Assembly: GCA_964572155.1 (NCBI GenBank)
Contig: CAZNDZ010000001.1
Location: forward strand, 648,840 to 712,839
Direction of reading: 5' to 3'
DNA: 64,000 nt
DNA from: an uncultured Planctomycetales bacterium
GTDB lineage: Bacteria > Omnitrophota > Gorgyraeia > Zapsychrales > Fredricksoniimonadaceae
Shown: positions 29,856 to 40,588 of the stretch, piece after piece
Position numbering within the stretch: the stretch's first letter is position 1
How the letters are laid out: each line of letters opens with the position of its first letter
Made by a program: the position numbers and the translations under genes
The notes under the pieces: generated by a model
Told to the model about the DNA's origin: nothing
Database searches by the model: none
Seen by the model: only the letters and a program-made list of their open reading frames with translations

Positions 29856-30758
29856 ATGAATATAAGAAAAAATAATTCTGGTATAATTTTAATTGCGGTG
29901 ATTGCCGTGATGATTGTGCTCACCATAGTTACCCTCAGTGCGGGGAGTCTTGTATCGACGACGATGCAGTATACTCAAAAAGAAATAGCCCGCACACGGG
30001 CCATGGCTAGTGCTTTGGCAGGGGTGAATTATGCGTTGCATTTGATGCAGGATCATCCATCGCTAGTCGACACCTGGTGGCAAAGCGGGGTGCGTGTCGA
30101 CAATAAAGAACAGGCAGGAAAGTATTTTGATCATGTGGTGTTAAGTAAAAACACACAGTTTGATGTGGACATCATGGATCAAACGCGGTATCTAAATCTA
30201 AATGCTTTAAATTTGACTAACGCGTCGCTGTTATCACGCTTGATTGTGGCGCATGGATTTTCAATGCAGCAAGGGGATGATATTGCCGCTAATGTGATTG
30301 AATGGTTAACACAAATTAAAAAAGCTCCCTTTGATGATGTTGCCGAACTTACGCTTGTCAAAGGCATGACCAAAGATATTTTTGAAAAGATCAATGTTGA
30401 TCTAACGGTGTATCCAAAATTTCCTGCCGATGGGCTGGTGGCGAATTTTTGGACAGCTTCACCTAAGTTTTATCAGGCCTTGGTGGCAGATGTCACAGCA
30501 ACGCATAAGGTGGAAAATGTTTCAACTTTCGTTGCCCTTGCGCAAAAGTATCGCACCAAAGAAAAACCGGCAAATCCCGACGGGGTAGAATTAGCCATGT
30601 TGGCCGCAGGGGGGCATGTACCAGTTGCGTTAGACTATAAAGTACATGTGGTTGGTTTTGACGCGTTAACCAAAACGCGTGTCGAGGTAGAGGCATTGAT
30701 TAACAAAGATCAAAATGGCGCGTGGGGCATTCAACGTTTTAATAGGGTGTTATTTTAA
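29856..30758 (+). CDS. gspK: Minor pseudopilin GspK-like
   Basis: SG|IILIAV, A.AG, LNLNAL, PFDDVAELTLVKGMT, LTVY. Confidence 0.8.
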   Translation: MNIRKNNSGIILIAVIAVMIVLTIVTLSAGSLVSTTMQYTQKEIARTRAMASALAGVNYALHLMQDHPSLVDTWWQSGVRVDNKEQAGKYFDHVVLSKNTQFDVDIMDQTRYLNLNALNLTNASLLSRLIVAHGFSMQQGDDIAANVIEWLTQIKKAPFDDVAELTLVKGMTKDIFEKINVDLTVYPKFPADGLVANFWTASPKFYQALVADVTATHKVENVSTFVALAQKYRTKEKPANPDGVELAMLAAGGHVPVALDYKVHVVGFDALTKTRVEVEALINKDQNGAWGIQRFNRVLF

Positions 30759-32122
30759 TGGGTAAACACCGCAACGTCATATCTATTACCGACGATAATC
30801 TGACATACTTGCAGGCCAAGGATGTTGGGACGCCGGTATTTCGACAAGTGAGCATTAAAGGAAAAAGTGATGCGGAAATTACGAAGCAATTATCCCTGTT
30901 GATTAAGGCGCACAAGATTGCTTTGCATCAAGTGACTGCGGTGATTAGCCGGCAAAATGTGTTGGTGCGGTTTATGACATTACCGTCGGCAGATGTTGTT
31001 GAACTTAAAAAAATGGTGGCTTTGCAAATTGGCAGCATTGTTCCTTATGCCCTTGAAGAGATTGTTTTTGATATTCAATTGCTTGGGGATGCGGGCTCAA
31101 ATCAGCGCAAAGTCATGGTCATCATTGCGCCCAAAGATGTCATTGAGCGCCAGTGGCAGATTTATACCAAGGCGGGTGTATCTCCCTCGATTGTGAGCAT
31201 CAGCTCGATGGGAGTATGGCTTTGGTATAGCCGCAGGACCGCAGATAAGCTTGGTGTCGCGTTGGTGTTGGATATCAATGAAGGAGAGGTGGAAATTTGC
31301 CTTTGCCAACACGCCCATTTGTTTACTTCAAGGGCTTTTCGATTACCGTCGTCAGATTTAGCGGCAGATGATTTTAAATTTTTGTTGAAAGAAATTGATT
31401 TAACCATTGAAGGTTACATGAAAGAACGGGTTGGCCCAGCGTTGACAAAGATCATCACCACAGGTTCTAAGCCAATACCCATTGATTTATTAACGCGCTT
31501 ACAGAAAGAATACGAATTGCCGGTTGAAGACATTGATCATGCACGTCAGATCAAAGGTTCCAATGAATCAGCGACGGCGCTCATCGGATTTTCTGCTGTT
31601 GACGCGGCCCATCAAATTAATTTAATCCCGCGACATTTGGCGGATGCGCACGTTAAAACACTGGCAGCGAAAGCGGCAAAACGCATGGCCTTGATCATGG
31701 TTGGGTTGTTTGTCATCGTTGGCGTTATCGGAGCAATCCAAGTAAATAAGAAGAATAAATATTTAGAAGAGTTAAATGATCAATGGCAAGTCACGAAGAA
31801 ACAATTGGATGGCATTGAGCAGGAAAAAGCAAAAATTAATGCGATGTCACAAGCGTTAAATGGACGGGTTGTATTTGCAGAGATTTTTAAAGTTGTTGAA
31901 CAGTCTACACCGCCGAGTGTATCTTTTTTTAACGTGAACATCAATGATCAAAAACTTTTAAGCATGCAAGGGATTGCAAAGAATCCCGCAGATATCAATG
32001 CCTTACAGGAGAGTTTGATGCGCTCCACATTATTTGTGAGTGTACAGTTAGATTTTGTGAATAAACGTTCAACGCAAGATGGGGAAGTTAGTTATTTTAA
32101 ACTATCGTGCCAATTAAAATGA
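30758..32122 (+). CDS. GspL / PilM-PilN-like fusion
   Basis: Actin-like cytoplasmic domain, INLIP motif, TM, coiled coil and ferredoxin-like periplasmic domain. Confidence 0.8.
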   Translation: MGKHRNVISITDDNLTYLQAKDVGTPVFRQVSIKGKSDAEITKQLSLLIKAHKIALHQVTAVISRQNVLVRFMTLPSADVVELKKMVALQIGSIVPYALEEIVFDIQLLGDAGSNQRKVMVIIAPKDVIERQWQIYTKAGVSPSIVSISSMGVWLWYSRRTADKLGVALVLDINEGEVEICLCQHAHLFTSRAFRLPSSDLAADDFKFLLKEIDLTIEGYMKERVGPALTKIITTGSKPIPIDLLTRLQKEYELPVEDIDHARQIKGSNESATALIGFSAVDAAHQINLIPRHLADAHVKTLAAKAAKRMALIMVGLFVIVGVIGAIQVNKKNKYLEELNDQWQVTKKQLDGIEQEKAKINAMSQALNGRVVFAEIFKVVEQSTPPSVSFFNVNINDQKLLSMQGIAKNPADINALQESLMRSTLFVSVQLDFVNKRSTQDGEVSYFKLSCQLK

Positions 32123-32652
32123 CCATGAGACAATTATCAAATAGGGAAAAGATCATTGCTGGCGCAACCATCATCATGGTTGTTGTTTATTTGGTCTTTT
32201 TCATCCTCATCCGTCCAGCGAAAGACATGTTGGCGGGGATTGATGATAGCATTGCAACCAGTGAACAACGCCTATCTAAAGGGAAGGTATTATTAGAAAG
32301 AGGGAGCGGTGTCCAAAAGTCGATGGATAGCTTGGTTAAAGAATGGGGACAAACCAGATCTGATGCCGAAGAGTCTTCCCAATTAATCAATGCCCTTGAA
32401 TCTGCCGCCACAACTGCGGATATCCGTATCCTTAATATCGAACCGCGCCCTATAGTCCGCGACACATTAGTCCGCTATCCTATTGCCATGACGGTTAGCG
32501 GTACATCAAAACACATCATTAAGTTTTTATCCTTAATCCAAGCCAAGCCCTTGGCATTAGATGTAGAAAACCTCAATTTAGAACGCTCTATCGATGGCAA
32601 TGCTACCATTAATGGCACTATGGTGGTGACACGTTTAAGAATACAGGGTTAA
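32119..32652 (+). CDS. GspM/PilO-like protein
   Basis: LSNREK + TM, coiled coil, G....I.KFL..I. Confidence 0.75.
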   Translation: MTMRQLSNREKIIAGATIIMVVVYLVFFILIRPAKDMLAGIDDSIATSEQRLSKGKVLLERGSGVQKSMDSLVKEWGQTRSDAEESSQLINALESAATTADIRILNIEPRPIVRDTLVRYPIAMTVSGTSKHIIKFLSLIQAKPLALDVENLNLERSIDGNATINGTMVVTRLRIQG

Positions 32653-32684
32653 TTCTCATTTTATGCCTCATGAAATTCTTTTCC

Positions 32685-32713
32685 TTGACGCATTTAGCTT
32701 ACAGGCGTATAAT
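32685..32713 (+). promoter_or_regulatory. Sigma70 promoter of rpsO-pnp
   Basis: TTGACG-17 nt-TATAAT. Confidence 0.75.
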
Positions 32714-32775
32714 TTCACAACTTAAAAAGACTAAACATAAGGCAGTATAAGCTGCTGTAACAAGGAGGAAGTACG

Positions 32776-33045
32776 TTGGCTATTGTTAAAGAAAAGAAAA
32801 CAGAAGTAATCAACCGTTTCAAAACCCATGCGAAAGATACAGGTTCCGCACCTGTGCAAATCGCTGTGTTGACCGAACAAATCAATGCACTTAATTTGCA
32901 TTTCAAATCCCATCAAAAGGATTTTCATTCCCGTCGTGGATTGCTCGTGTTAATCGGTAAACGCCGTCGTCTGTTGGATTATCTCCAATCGATAGATCCT
33001 AAAAAATACGAAGAAACCATTAACAAGCTTGATTTACGTAAGTAA
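32776..33045 (+). CDS. rpsO: 30S ribosomal protein S15
   Basis: [15 protein letters not shown]...H.KD.HSRRGL; TTG start with AGGAGG SD. Confidence 0.98.
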   Translation: MAIVKEKKTEVINRFKTHAKDTGSAPVQIAVLTEQINALNLHFKSHQKDFHSRRGLLVLIGKRRRLLDYLQSIDPKKYEETINKLDLRK

Positions 33046-33075
33046 AAAGCTTTCTTAAAAATTTAAGGATCTATT

Positions 33076-35181
33076 ATGCAGACAGTCCGTGTCGAGGCTC
33101 CGTTTGGCGCCCAAACCATCACGATTGAATCAGGTAAATTAGCAAAATTAGCGGGCGGCGCTGTTACCGTTACCGTTGGTGGTACCGTTGTTCTGGTCAC
33201 CGCTTGTATGGCCAAAAAAGCCAAAGAAGGCCAAGGGTTTTTCCCTTTAGCTGTTGAATATCAAGAACGCACCTACGCCGCTGGTAAAATCCCAGGCGGT
33301 TTCTTTAAACGTGAAGGTCGTCCGTCTGAACGTGAAGTGTTAGTGTCCCGTTTGATTGATCGTCCAACCCGTCCATTATTCCCAGAAGGTTTCTTAAATG
33401 AAGTTCAAGTTGTGGCAACTGTTTTGAGCCACGACGGTGAAAATGATCCTGATATCTTAGCGATGATCGGTTCGTCCGCTGCGCTATTGATTTCTGAAAT
33501 TCCTTTCGATGGTCCAATCGGCGCAACCCGTATTGGTTTGATTGATGGTCAATTGGTGGCTAACCCAACGTTTGCACAACGTGCGAACAGCGCGATGGAT
33601 TTGGTTATCGCTGGTTGGGGTGAAGGCATCATCATGATTGAAGGCGAAGGCGATCAAGTTCCAGAAGCTAAAGTTTTGGAAGCCATGAAGTTAGCGTTAG
33701 ACACCCAAAAAGCGTATATCGCTATTCAAAAAGAATTACAGAAGCAAGTTGGTAAACCAAAAGCTGCTTTTGAAGCCAAACAACCTAATGAAAAGTTTGC
33801 TAAAAAAGTACGCACTTTAGGTTTTGATCGTTTGCAAAAAGCATATACTACGATCGCTGATAAAGCTGAACGTGAAGATGCGGTCAACGCGATCTTCCAT
33901 GATTTAACCAAGGACATGACCATCTATGCAGATTGTGTCGTTACCGAAGGTGAAGAATTCTCCGCCGGTGATGTTAATCATGTGTATGAAGCTTTGCAAT
34001 ATGAAATCATCCGCAACAATGTGTTCCAAAAACAATTGCGTGCTGATGGCCGTGGTTTAAAAGAAATTCGTCAAATCGATTCTGAAGTGGGTGTTTTACC
34101 ACGTACCCATGGTTCATCCTTATTTACCCGCGGTCAAACCCAAGCTTTGGGTGTTGTGACCTTAGGTACCAAGGATGATGAGCAATTGATCGAATCTTTA
34201 GAAAGCAGAACATACAAGACCTACATGTTGCATTATAATTTCCCATCATTCTCTGTTGGTGAAACAAAGCGCATGGGTTCTCCTGGTCGTCGTGAAATTG
34301 GCCACGGTGCTTTAGCTTCTAAAGCGATTAAATATGTCATCCCATCACGCGAAGATTTTCCTTACACCATCCGCGTGGTTTCTGAAATCTTAGAATCCAA
34401 TGGTTCTTCTTCTATGGCCTCCGTGTGTGCTGGTTGTTTAGCGCTTATGGATGCTGGTGTTCCGATCAAGGCTACTGTTGCTGGTATTTCCGTCGGTTTA
34501 ATCTCTGATGCGAAAGAAACAGTTTTGATCACCGACATCATGGGTTTAGAAGATCATTTCGGTGATATGGATTTCAAGGTGGCTGGTAGCCGTACCGGTG
34601 TGACCGCCATCCAATTAGATCTTAAGATCAAATCCTTGTCGATGAGCTTGGTTGAACGCACCATCGCACAAGCCAGAGAAGCGCGCATGATCATCTTAGA
34701 TAAGATGGAAAAAACCATGCCAGCGCCACGTAAAGAAATGTCACAATACGCACCTCGCATTGTCACCATTCAAATCCCACAAGAGAAAATCGGGGAAGTG
34801 ATTGGACCAGGCGGTAAAACGATCCGTAAGATGATCGAAGAAACAGGTGTTACCTCGATCGACATCGAAGAAGATGGTAAGGTGATCATTGCATCTCCAA
34901 ATGGCGAATCTTTAGATAAGGCTTATGCCATGATCAAGGGCATGACCCATGAACCTGAAGTCGGCGCTATTTTCGATGCGACGGTTAAACGTATCATGAA
35001 TTTCGGTGTGTTCGTCGAGTTCTTACCAGGCCGTGAAGGTTTGGTTCACGTTTCTGAACTTGCAAACAAGTTTGTTAAGGATGTTAACGAAGTTGTGAAG
35101 GTGGGCGACAAGTTTAAAGTAAAGCTTACTGAAAAAGATGAGCAAGGTCGCTTTAACTTAAGCAAAAAACAAGCCGAATAA
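33076..35181 (+). CDS. pnp: Polyribonucleotide nucleotidyltransferase
   Basis: IPGGFFKREGR, RREIGHG, ESNGSSSMAS, GDMDFKVAG, KH and S1 domains. Confidence 0.98.
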   Translation: MQTVRVEAPFGAQTITIESGKLAKLAGGAVTVTVGGTVVLVTACMAKKAKEGQGFFPLAVEYQERTYAAGKIPGGFFKREGRPSEREVLVSRLIDRPTRPLFPEGFLNEVQVVATVLSHDGENDPDILAMIGSSAALLISEIPFDGPIGATRIGLIDGQLVANPTFAQRANSAMDLVIAGWGEGIIMIEGEGDQVPEAKVLEAMKLALDTQKAYIAIQKELQKQVGKPKAAFEAKQPNEKFAKKVRTLGFDRLQKAYTTIADKAEREDAVNAIFHDLTKDMTIYADCVVTEGEEFSAGDVNHVYEALQYEIIRNNVFQKQLRADGRGLKEIRQIDSEVGVLPRTHGSSLFTRGQTQALGVVTLGTKDDEQLIESLESRTYKTYMLHYNFPSFSVGETKRMGSPGRREIGHGALASKAIKYVIPSREDFPYTIRVVSEILESNGSSSMASVCAGCLALMDAGVPIKATVAGISVGLISDAKETVLITDIMGLEDHFGDMDFKVAGSRTGVTAIQLDLKIKSLSMSLVERTIAQAREARMIILDKMEKTMPAPRKEMSQYAPRIVTIQIPQEKIGEVIGPGGKTIRKMIEETGVTSIDIEEDGKVIIASPNGESLDKAYAMIKGMTHEPEVGAIFDATVKRIMNFGVFVEFLPGREGLVHVSELANKFVKDVNEVVKVGDKFKVKLTEKDEQGRFNLSKKQAE

Positions 35182-35194
35182 ATAGTTTTAAACT

Positions 35195-37441
35195 ATGAAG
35201 CTTGAACACATCAATGAAATCAAGGGGATTGGCATATTGGGTGCTAGCCTGTTACTGCTAGCAAGCCTGATATCGTACAATCCCCTTGATCTTTCTTGGT
35301 ACACATCAGCCCCAAATGTTCCCGCGCATAATTTGATTGGTATCGTCGGCGCCTATTTGGCTGGCATGATAAATTTTGTACTAGGATATAGTTCTTTTGC
35401 CTTAGTGGTTTTTGGTTTTTTTATTAGCTGGAATAAATTTACCTCGCGTGACATCAAATGTTCCTTTCCTAAATTCTTAAGCCTTGTTGTTTTACTCATG
35501 GTGGCAAGTTCGCTGTTATCCATGATCTTTTCATCCAATGCCCAAGCACAATTTCAAGCCGCAGGTTTGCTCGGCATCATGTTTAGCACATTTTTACAAA
35601 AATATTTAAGCCCCGTTGGAGCTGTAATCACCTTAACGATTTTAGGCGCCTTAGCCTTGGTTGTGACGGGGGAATTCTTAGTGTCGCCGTTTGTTGTGTG
35701 GTTGTTTGGTGTGTTAAAAAATGCTTTTGCCTCTGTCTTTGGAAAAATTAAAAATTTTCCAACTGTGGCGCCAAAGCCTGCGGTTGCTAAAGTTAAAGAA
35801 CCTGCCATTAAGAAAACCGTTGAGCTTGATGAGGAAGATTTCGCAGGGTTGGCTAAGAAAACAGCCCCATTACCAGCGGCTGCCATCCCTGCCAATAAGC
35901 CAACACCGCCTGCAACTACAGGTGCTGGTCCTAACATTCATATTGTAGCCCCTAAAGAAGTTCAAAAGCCTTTGGCTGATGTGACACCTAAGGTAGTTGG
36001 GGAATATCATTTACCGTCGCTAGATTTGCTCAATGATGTGCCAGTGGTGCCAGATAGTAAAATTCAAGAAACACTTAAGAATGGGGCAAAGATTTTAGAA
36101 GAAACGTTGGAAGATTTTGGCGTCAACGTTAAGGTCGTTGACATTGAACGCGGGCCCGTGATCACGCGATACGAATTACAACCAGCTCCAGGCGTTAAGA
36201 TCCAAAGCATATCGTCATTGTCCGACGATATAGCGTTAGCATTAAGCGCGCCAGCTGTTCGTATTTTAGCGCCGATCCCTGGGAAAAATCGTGTGGGTAT
36301 TGAAGTGCCCAATGGTTTAACGGCTGCTGTTTATCTAAAAGATGTGCTCATGCAAGAAAGAGCGCGTGCATCAGCATCTAAGTTAACGTTATGTATCGGC
36401 AAAGATACTTCCGGCAAACCTTTGTTTGCTGACCTAGCAGAAATGCCGCATTTGCTCGTCGCGGGGACAACAGGTTCTGGTAAAACGGTTTGTTTAAATG
36501 CACTGATCATGTCGGTCTTATTTAATGCGTCACCCAGTGAAGTTAAATTCATCATGGTTGACCCTAAGATGGTTGAGCTTGTTCCTTATAATGATTTGCC
36601 GCATTTGATCACGCCGGTTATCACCGATGCTAAAAAGGTTACACCGGTCTTAAATTGGTTGGTTGGAGAAATGGAAAATCGTTACAAGACCTTGGCTAAA
36701 GAACAAGTGCGTAATATCAAGGGTTATCATGCCAAGGGTTTAACCATGCCGTACATCATGGTTGTCGTCGATGAGTTGGCTGACTTGATGCAGGTGTCTG
36801 CCAAGAGTGTGGAAGCATCCATCGCCCGTTTATCTCAGTTAGCGCGTGCTGTTGGTATACATTTGATCTTAGCAACGCAGCGTCCATCCGTTGATGTTAT
36901 TACAGGGGTTATCAAAGCGAATTTCCCAGCCCGTCTTTCGTTTAAAGTGGCTTCCAAAGTTGATTCACGGACTGTCTTGGATGCGAATGGTGCCGAGAAC
37001 TTATTGGGTAAAGGGGATTTGTTATTTATGAAACCAGGGGATTCAAAACCAACCCGTGGTCAATGCTGTTATTTGTCCGACGAAGAGATCAATAAAGTCA
37101 TTGCCTATATTAAGACACAAGGCACTCCTGAATATAATGATCAAGTGATCAAAGCTCAACCACAAAGCAGTGGTGGTGGTTCTGAAGATAAAGATGAAAT
37201 GTACGATGAGGCCGTTAAGGTCGTCATTGAAACCAATCAAGCATCGGTCACCATTTTACAGCGACGATTACGCCTCGGATATTCCCGCGCAGCCCGTTTG
37301 ATCGATATGATGGAACAGCAGGGGATTGTGGGTCCTTATGCTGGAAGCAAGGCCCGAGATATTTTAGTTGACCGTGAGAAGTGGTTGTTAGAGAATGCAG
37401 GAAGCGTACAAAATAATGACCCAGCCAACAACCCAACATAA
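35195..37441 (+). CDS. ftsK: DNA translocase FtsK
   Basis: 4TM N-domain, PHLLVAGTTGSGKT, ATQRPSVDVITG, gamma domain LQRRLRLGYSRAARLID. Confidence 0.97.
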   Translation: MKLEHINEIKGIGILGASLLLLASLISYNPLDLSWYTSAPNVPAHNLIGIVGAYLAGMINFVLGYSSFALVVFGFFISWNKFTSRDIKCSFPKFLSLVVLLMVASSLLSMIFSSNAQAQFQAAGLLGIMFSTFLQKYLSPVGAVITLTILGALALVVTGEFLVSPFVVWLFGVLKNAFASVFGKIKNFPTVAPKPAVAKVKEPAIKKTVELDEEDFAGLAKKTAPLPAAAIPANKPTPPATTGAGPNIHIVAPKEVQKPLADVTPKVVGEYHLPSLDLLNDVPVVPDSKIQETLKNGAKILEETLEDFGVNVKVVDIERGPVITRYELQPAPGVKIQSISSLSDDIALALSAPAVRILAPIPGKNRVGIEVPNGLTAAVYLKDVLMQERARASASKLTLCIGKDTSGKPLFADLAEMPHLLVAGTTGSGKTVCLNALIMSVLFNASPSEVKFIMVDPKMVELVPYNDLPHLITPVITDAKKVTPVLNWLVGEMENRYKTLAKEQVRNIKGYHAKGLTMPYIMVVVDELADLMQVSAKSVEASIARLSQLARAVGIHLILATQRPSVDVITGVIKANFPARLSFKVASKVDSRTVLDANGAENLLGKGDLLFMKPGDSKPTRGQCCYLSDEEINKVIAYIKTQGTPEYNDQVIKAQPQSSGGGSEDKDEMYDEAVKVVIETNQASVTILQRRLRLGYSRAARLIDMMEQQGIVGPYAGSKARDILVDREKWLLENAGSVQNNDPANNPT

Positions 37442-38258
37442 TTCTATTTTAAAAGATGCCCGTGAAGCCAAAGGGTTGACCTTAGAAATTGTTCACGAGG
37501 CAACCAAAATACCCCTCGATGCCTTAAAAGCGATTGAGCAAGGTTATTCTACCCGCATTTTAACCCCATTTTATTACAAAGGTTTCATTAAGATTTATGC
37601 AGAATTCTTAGGGTTAAATGTCGACGATGTTTTAAAAGAATATCATGTGGATAAAAAGCCACCGGTTAAAGTTGTTGCGGCATCAACCAAGAAGCCCGTT
37701 AAAGTCCATAAACCTATTCAAGTCATTGAGAAATCTCAGCATGTGATGACGGGGTTAAATAATCGCAAGAACCGCAATATTGTGTCGCGTGTCCTTATTG
37801 GCATTGCCATTGTTGCTGGTTTGATATTTTTTGTAAAAGTCATTGGGCCAAATATCAAGTTTCCAAAGTTTGAAAAGAAAGCTAAGGTTCAAGCGGTTGT
37901 TGAAGCGAAAGATGTTAAAGAAGTAAAAGATGTTAAAGATACAAAAGAGTCTAAAGAGAAATTACCATTTAAGTTGATCCGTGCGGAAAGCAGCAATTTA
38001 AAAGTAGGCTTGTCTGTCCGAGCCATTAAGGATAGTTGGATCCAAGTTAAGGTGGATGGTAAAGTAGCATATGCCATGACGATTAAAAAGGGCACCATGG
38101 AGAATTGGGTGGCCTATAATCAGATTGAATTATCCGGTCATAACATCAATGAATTAGATATGGAAGTCAACGGCAAGCATTTAGGAGCATTAGGTAGCGC
38201 CGAGCGTGGTGTGCGCAAGGCTGTGATTACCCGTCAGGGTTTAACTGTAAAGAAGTAA
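37416..38258 (+). CDS. rodZ: RodZ-like HTH/DUF4115 protein
   Basis: N-terminal HTH (YYKGFIKIYAEFLGL), TM, SWIQVKVDG; ftsK-rimO context. Confidence 0.8.
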   Translation: MTQPTTQHNSILKDAREAKGLTLEIVHEATKIPLDALKAIEQGYSTRILTPFYYKGFIKIYAEFLGLNVDDVLKEYHVDKKPPVKVVAASTKKPVKVHKPIQVIEKSQHVMTGLNNRKNRNIVSRVLIGIAIVAGLIFFVKVIGPNIKFPKFEKKAKVQAVVEAKDVKEVKDVKDTKESKEKLPFKLIRAESSNLKVGLSVRAIKDSWIQVKVDGKVAYAMTIKKGTMENWVAYNQIELSGHNINELDMEVNGKHLGALGSAERGVRKAVITRQGLTVKK

Positions 38259-38259
38259 T

Positions 38260-39558
38260 ATGAAAACAACAGTAGATTTACGCAAAGAACGGTTAGGCGC
38301 CGGCCAAAAGGTCGGCGTTGTTAATTTAGGCTGCGCCCGTAATCTGGTCGACGCCCAGATGCTATTGGGTCGTTTAAAGAAGAATGGTCATCGCATTGTT
38401 GATGCCAACGACGCCCAAACCGTGATTGTTAACACCTGTTCATTCATTGAAGAAGCGCGACAAGAATCGATTGATACCATCCTTGATTTATTGGAATTAA
38501 AGAAACAAGGCAAGATCAAGAAAGTCATTGTGGCTGGATGTTTGGCGCAGCGTTATGGCAAGGATTTGATCGAAGAATTTAAAGATGTTGATGCTTTCGT
38601 TGGAACACCGACACTAAATCGTGACAACATGCCAGATCAAATGCAATTGACAGCATCGCATTTTGCCTATGTCAAAATTTGTGAAAGCTGTTTTAATGCC
38701 TGTTCATTTTGTGCTATTCCGAAAATCAAAGGAAAATTTAGATCGCGCACCATCGAGAATGTTGTTTCTGAAGTCAAAGCGTTAGATGCTAAAGGGGTTA
38801 AGGAAATCAACATCATTGGTCAAGATATCACGGCCTATGGCATGGATTTATACCGTGAAAAGTCATTGGCTAAGCTCATCAAAGCCTTGGTACCTGTGTG
38901 TAAAAATATTGAATGGATACGGTTGTTATACGCTTTTCCAGCCCATGTCACCGACGAATTGATTGATGTGATGGCCAGTGAACCAAAGGTATGTAAATAT
39001 ATTGATATGCCGCTGCAACATATTAGCGATCATATTTTAAAAGAACAAAATCGCAACATCACCCGCGATCAAACATATGATTTATTACGCAAATTACGCA
39101 AAGCCATGCCTCAGGGATTTTTACGCACAACTTATATTGTCGGTCTTCCAGGCGAGACAGATCAAGATTTTAATGAATTACGAGCATTTAATAAATCCAT
39201 ACGCTTTGAACGTGTAGGGGCATTTGTGTATTCTAAGGAAGAAGATACGGCCGCTGCCTTGATGGAAGGGCATGTGCCAGATAAGATTAAAAAAGCACGG
39301 CTTGATACCATCATGTTGGATCAAATGCAAATTTCAAAAGATGTGCAACAGCAATTTGTTGGCCGTCGTTTAAAAGTATTGATTGAAGAAAAAGAGAAAG
39401 ATTCGACCGACACTTATATAGGCCGCAGTGAATATGATGCCCCAGATGTCGACGGTGTTGTCTATGTGCGTTCCGCAAAACCGCTTGCGATTGGTGCCTT
39501 TGTGTATGTGGACATTACCGATGCCTATGAGTATGATTTAGCGGGGGTGGTGGTATGA
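38260..39558 (+). CDS. rimO: Ribosomal protein S12 methylthiotransferase
   Basis: LGCARNLVD, NTCSFIE, CxxxCxxC, TRAM with APDVDG. Confidence 0.95.
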   Translation: MKTTVDLRKERLGAGQKVGVVNLGCARNLVDAQMLLGRLKKNGHRIVDANDAQTVIVNTCSFIEEARQESIDTILDLLELKKQGKIKKVIVAGCLAQRYGKDLIEEFKDVDAFVGTPTLNRDNMPDQMQLTASHFAYVKICESCFNACSFCAIPKIKGKFRSRTIENVVSEVKALDAKGVKEINIIGQDITAYGMDLYREKSLAKLIKALVPVCKNIEWIRLLYAFPAHVTDELIDVMASEPKVCKYIDMPLQHISDHILKEQNRNITRDQTYDLLRKLRKAMPQGFLRTTYIVGLPGETDQDFNELRAFNKSIRFERVGAFVYSKEEDTAAALMEGHVPDKIKKARLDTIMLDQMQISKDVQQQFVGRRLKVLIEEKEKDSTDTYIGRSEYDAPDVDGVVYVRSAKPLAIGAFVYVDITDAYEYDLAGVVV

Positions 39559-40139
39559 ACTTGCCAAACCTGTTGACCATGTCACGTTTCTTCTTTGCGG
39601 TTGTGATTTTATATTTGCTGTTGGCCAACAATCTTGCTGCCATCATGACAGCAACATTTCTATTCTTGATCGCTGCAATTACAGATTTCTACGACGGGTA
39701 TTTAGCAAAGAAACACGGGCTCATTTCTGATTTTGGCAAGATCATGGATCCTATTGCTGATAAAGTCTTGATGATTTTTGTATTCTTTGCTTTAGCGGCG
39801 TTGGGGATGATGGATTGGTGGATGGTTATTCTAATTGTTATTCGCGAGGTTGCTGTGACCGTTGCCCGTCTTAAAGCCATGGCGCATGGTCAAGTCCTTG
39901 CGGCGGAAAAAGCTGGAAAGATTAAAACTGTATTTCAAATGGTTAGCATTGGTGCGGCACTTTTATTTCTCATCTGTGAACAAAGTGTTTTTGCCAGAAG
40001 CTGGTTTTATCAAGCCGAGCCGATGTGGCGCGCATTTATTCAGATCATGATGTTAATCAGTGTCTTATTAACAGTGTACTCTGGCGTGATATTCTTTAGG
40101 CATAAATGGGCTCCCAAAAAAACATCTTCCACTACCTAG
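39555..40139 (+). CDS. pgsA: CDP-diacylglycerol--glycerol-3-phosphate phosphatidyltransferase
   Basis: MNLPNLLT..R, TDFYDGYLA..FGK.MDP.ADK. Confidence 0.95.
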   Translation: MNLPNLLTMSRFFFAVVILYLLLANNLAAIMTATFLFLIAAITDFYDGYLAKKHGLISDFGKIMDPIADKVLMIFVFFALAALGMMDWWMVILIVIREVAVTVARLKAMAHGQVLAAEKAGKIKTVFQMVSIGAALLFLICEQSVFARSWFYQAEPMWRAFIQIMMLISVLLTVYSGVIFFRHKWAPKKTSSTT

Positions 40140-40570
40140 TTGCGACCTTTTTAGGCGTTGGCTATTGTCCTATTGCGTCTGGGACAGCGGCAACAGCGGC
40201 AGGTTTAGTCTTAATCTATTTCTTACAAGGGCAGACCTGTCTATATTTCTTGGTTTTATTGGCCTTGCTTGGGTTAGGTGTGGTTGCGGCCAGCCATGTA
40301 GAGAAAACGTCGCATCAAAAAGACCCTGGGATTGTCGTCGTTGATGAGGTGGTGGGGATCATGATTGCCATGATCGGTATCCCGTTTACATGGAAAACAG
40401 CCCTATGCGGATTTTTCTTGTTTCGGGCTTTAGATATGTTTAAAATATACCCTATCAATCGATTCGAAGCCATCCAGGGCGGTGTGGGTATTATGCTCGA
40501 TGATGTGATGGCAGGTTTATATACGAATATCATTTTAGTCATTGCCGTGCATTGGGCCGGCATTGTTTAA
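40106..40570 (+). CDS. pgpA: Phosphatidylglycerophosphatase A
   Basis: G.G..P.ASGT, DPGIVVVDEVVG, FR..D..K, GIMLDD.MAG. Confidence 0.93.
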   Translation: MGSQKNIFHYLVATFLGVGYCPIASGTAATAAGLVLIYFLQGQTCLYFLVLLALLGLGVVAASHVEKTSHQKDPGIVVVDEVVGIMIAMIGIPFTWKTALCGFFLFRALDMFKIYPINRFEAIQGGVGIMLDDVMAGLYTNIILVIAVHWAGIV

Positions 40571-40588
40571 AACAGGAGGGAAGTCAAG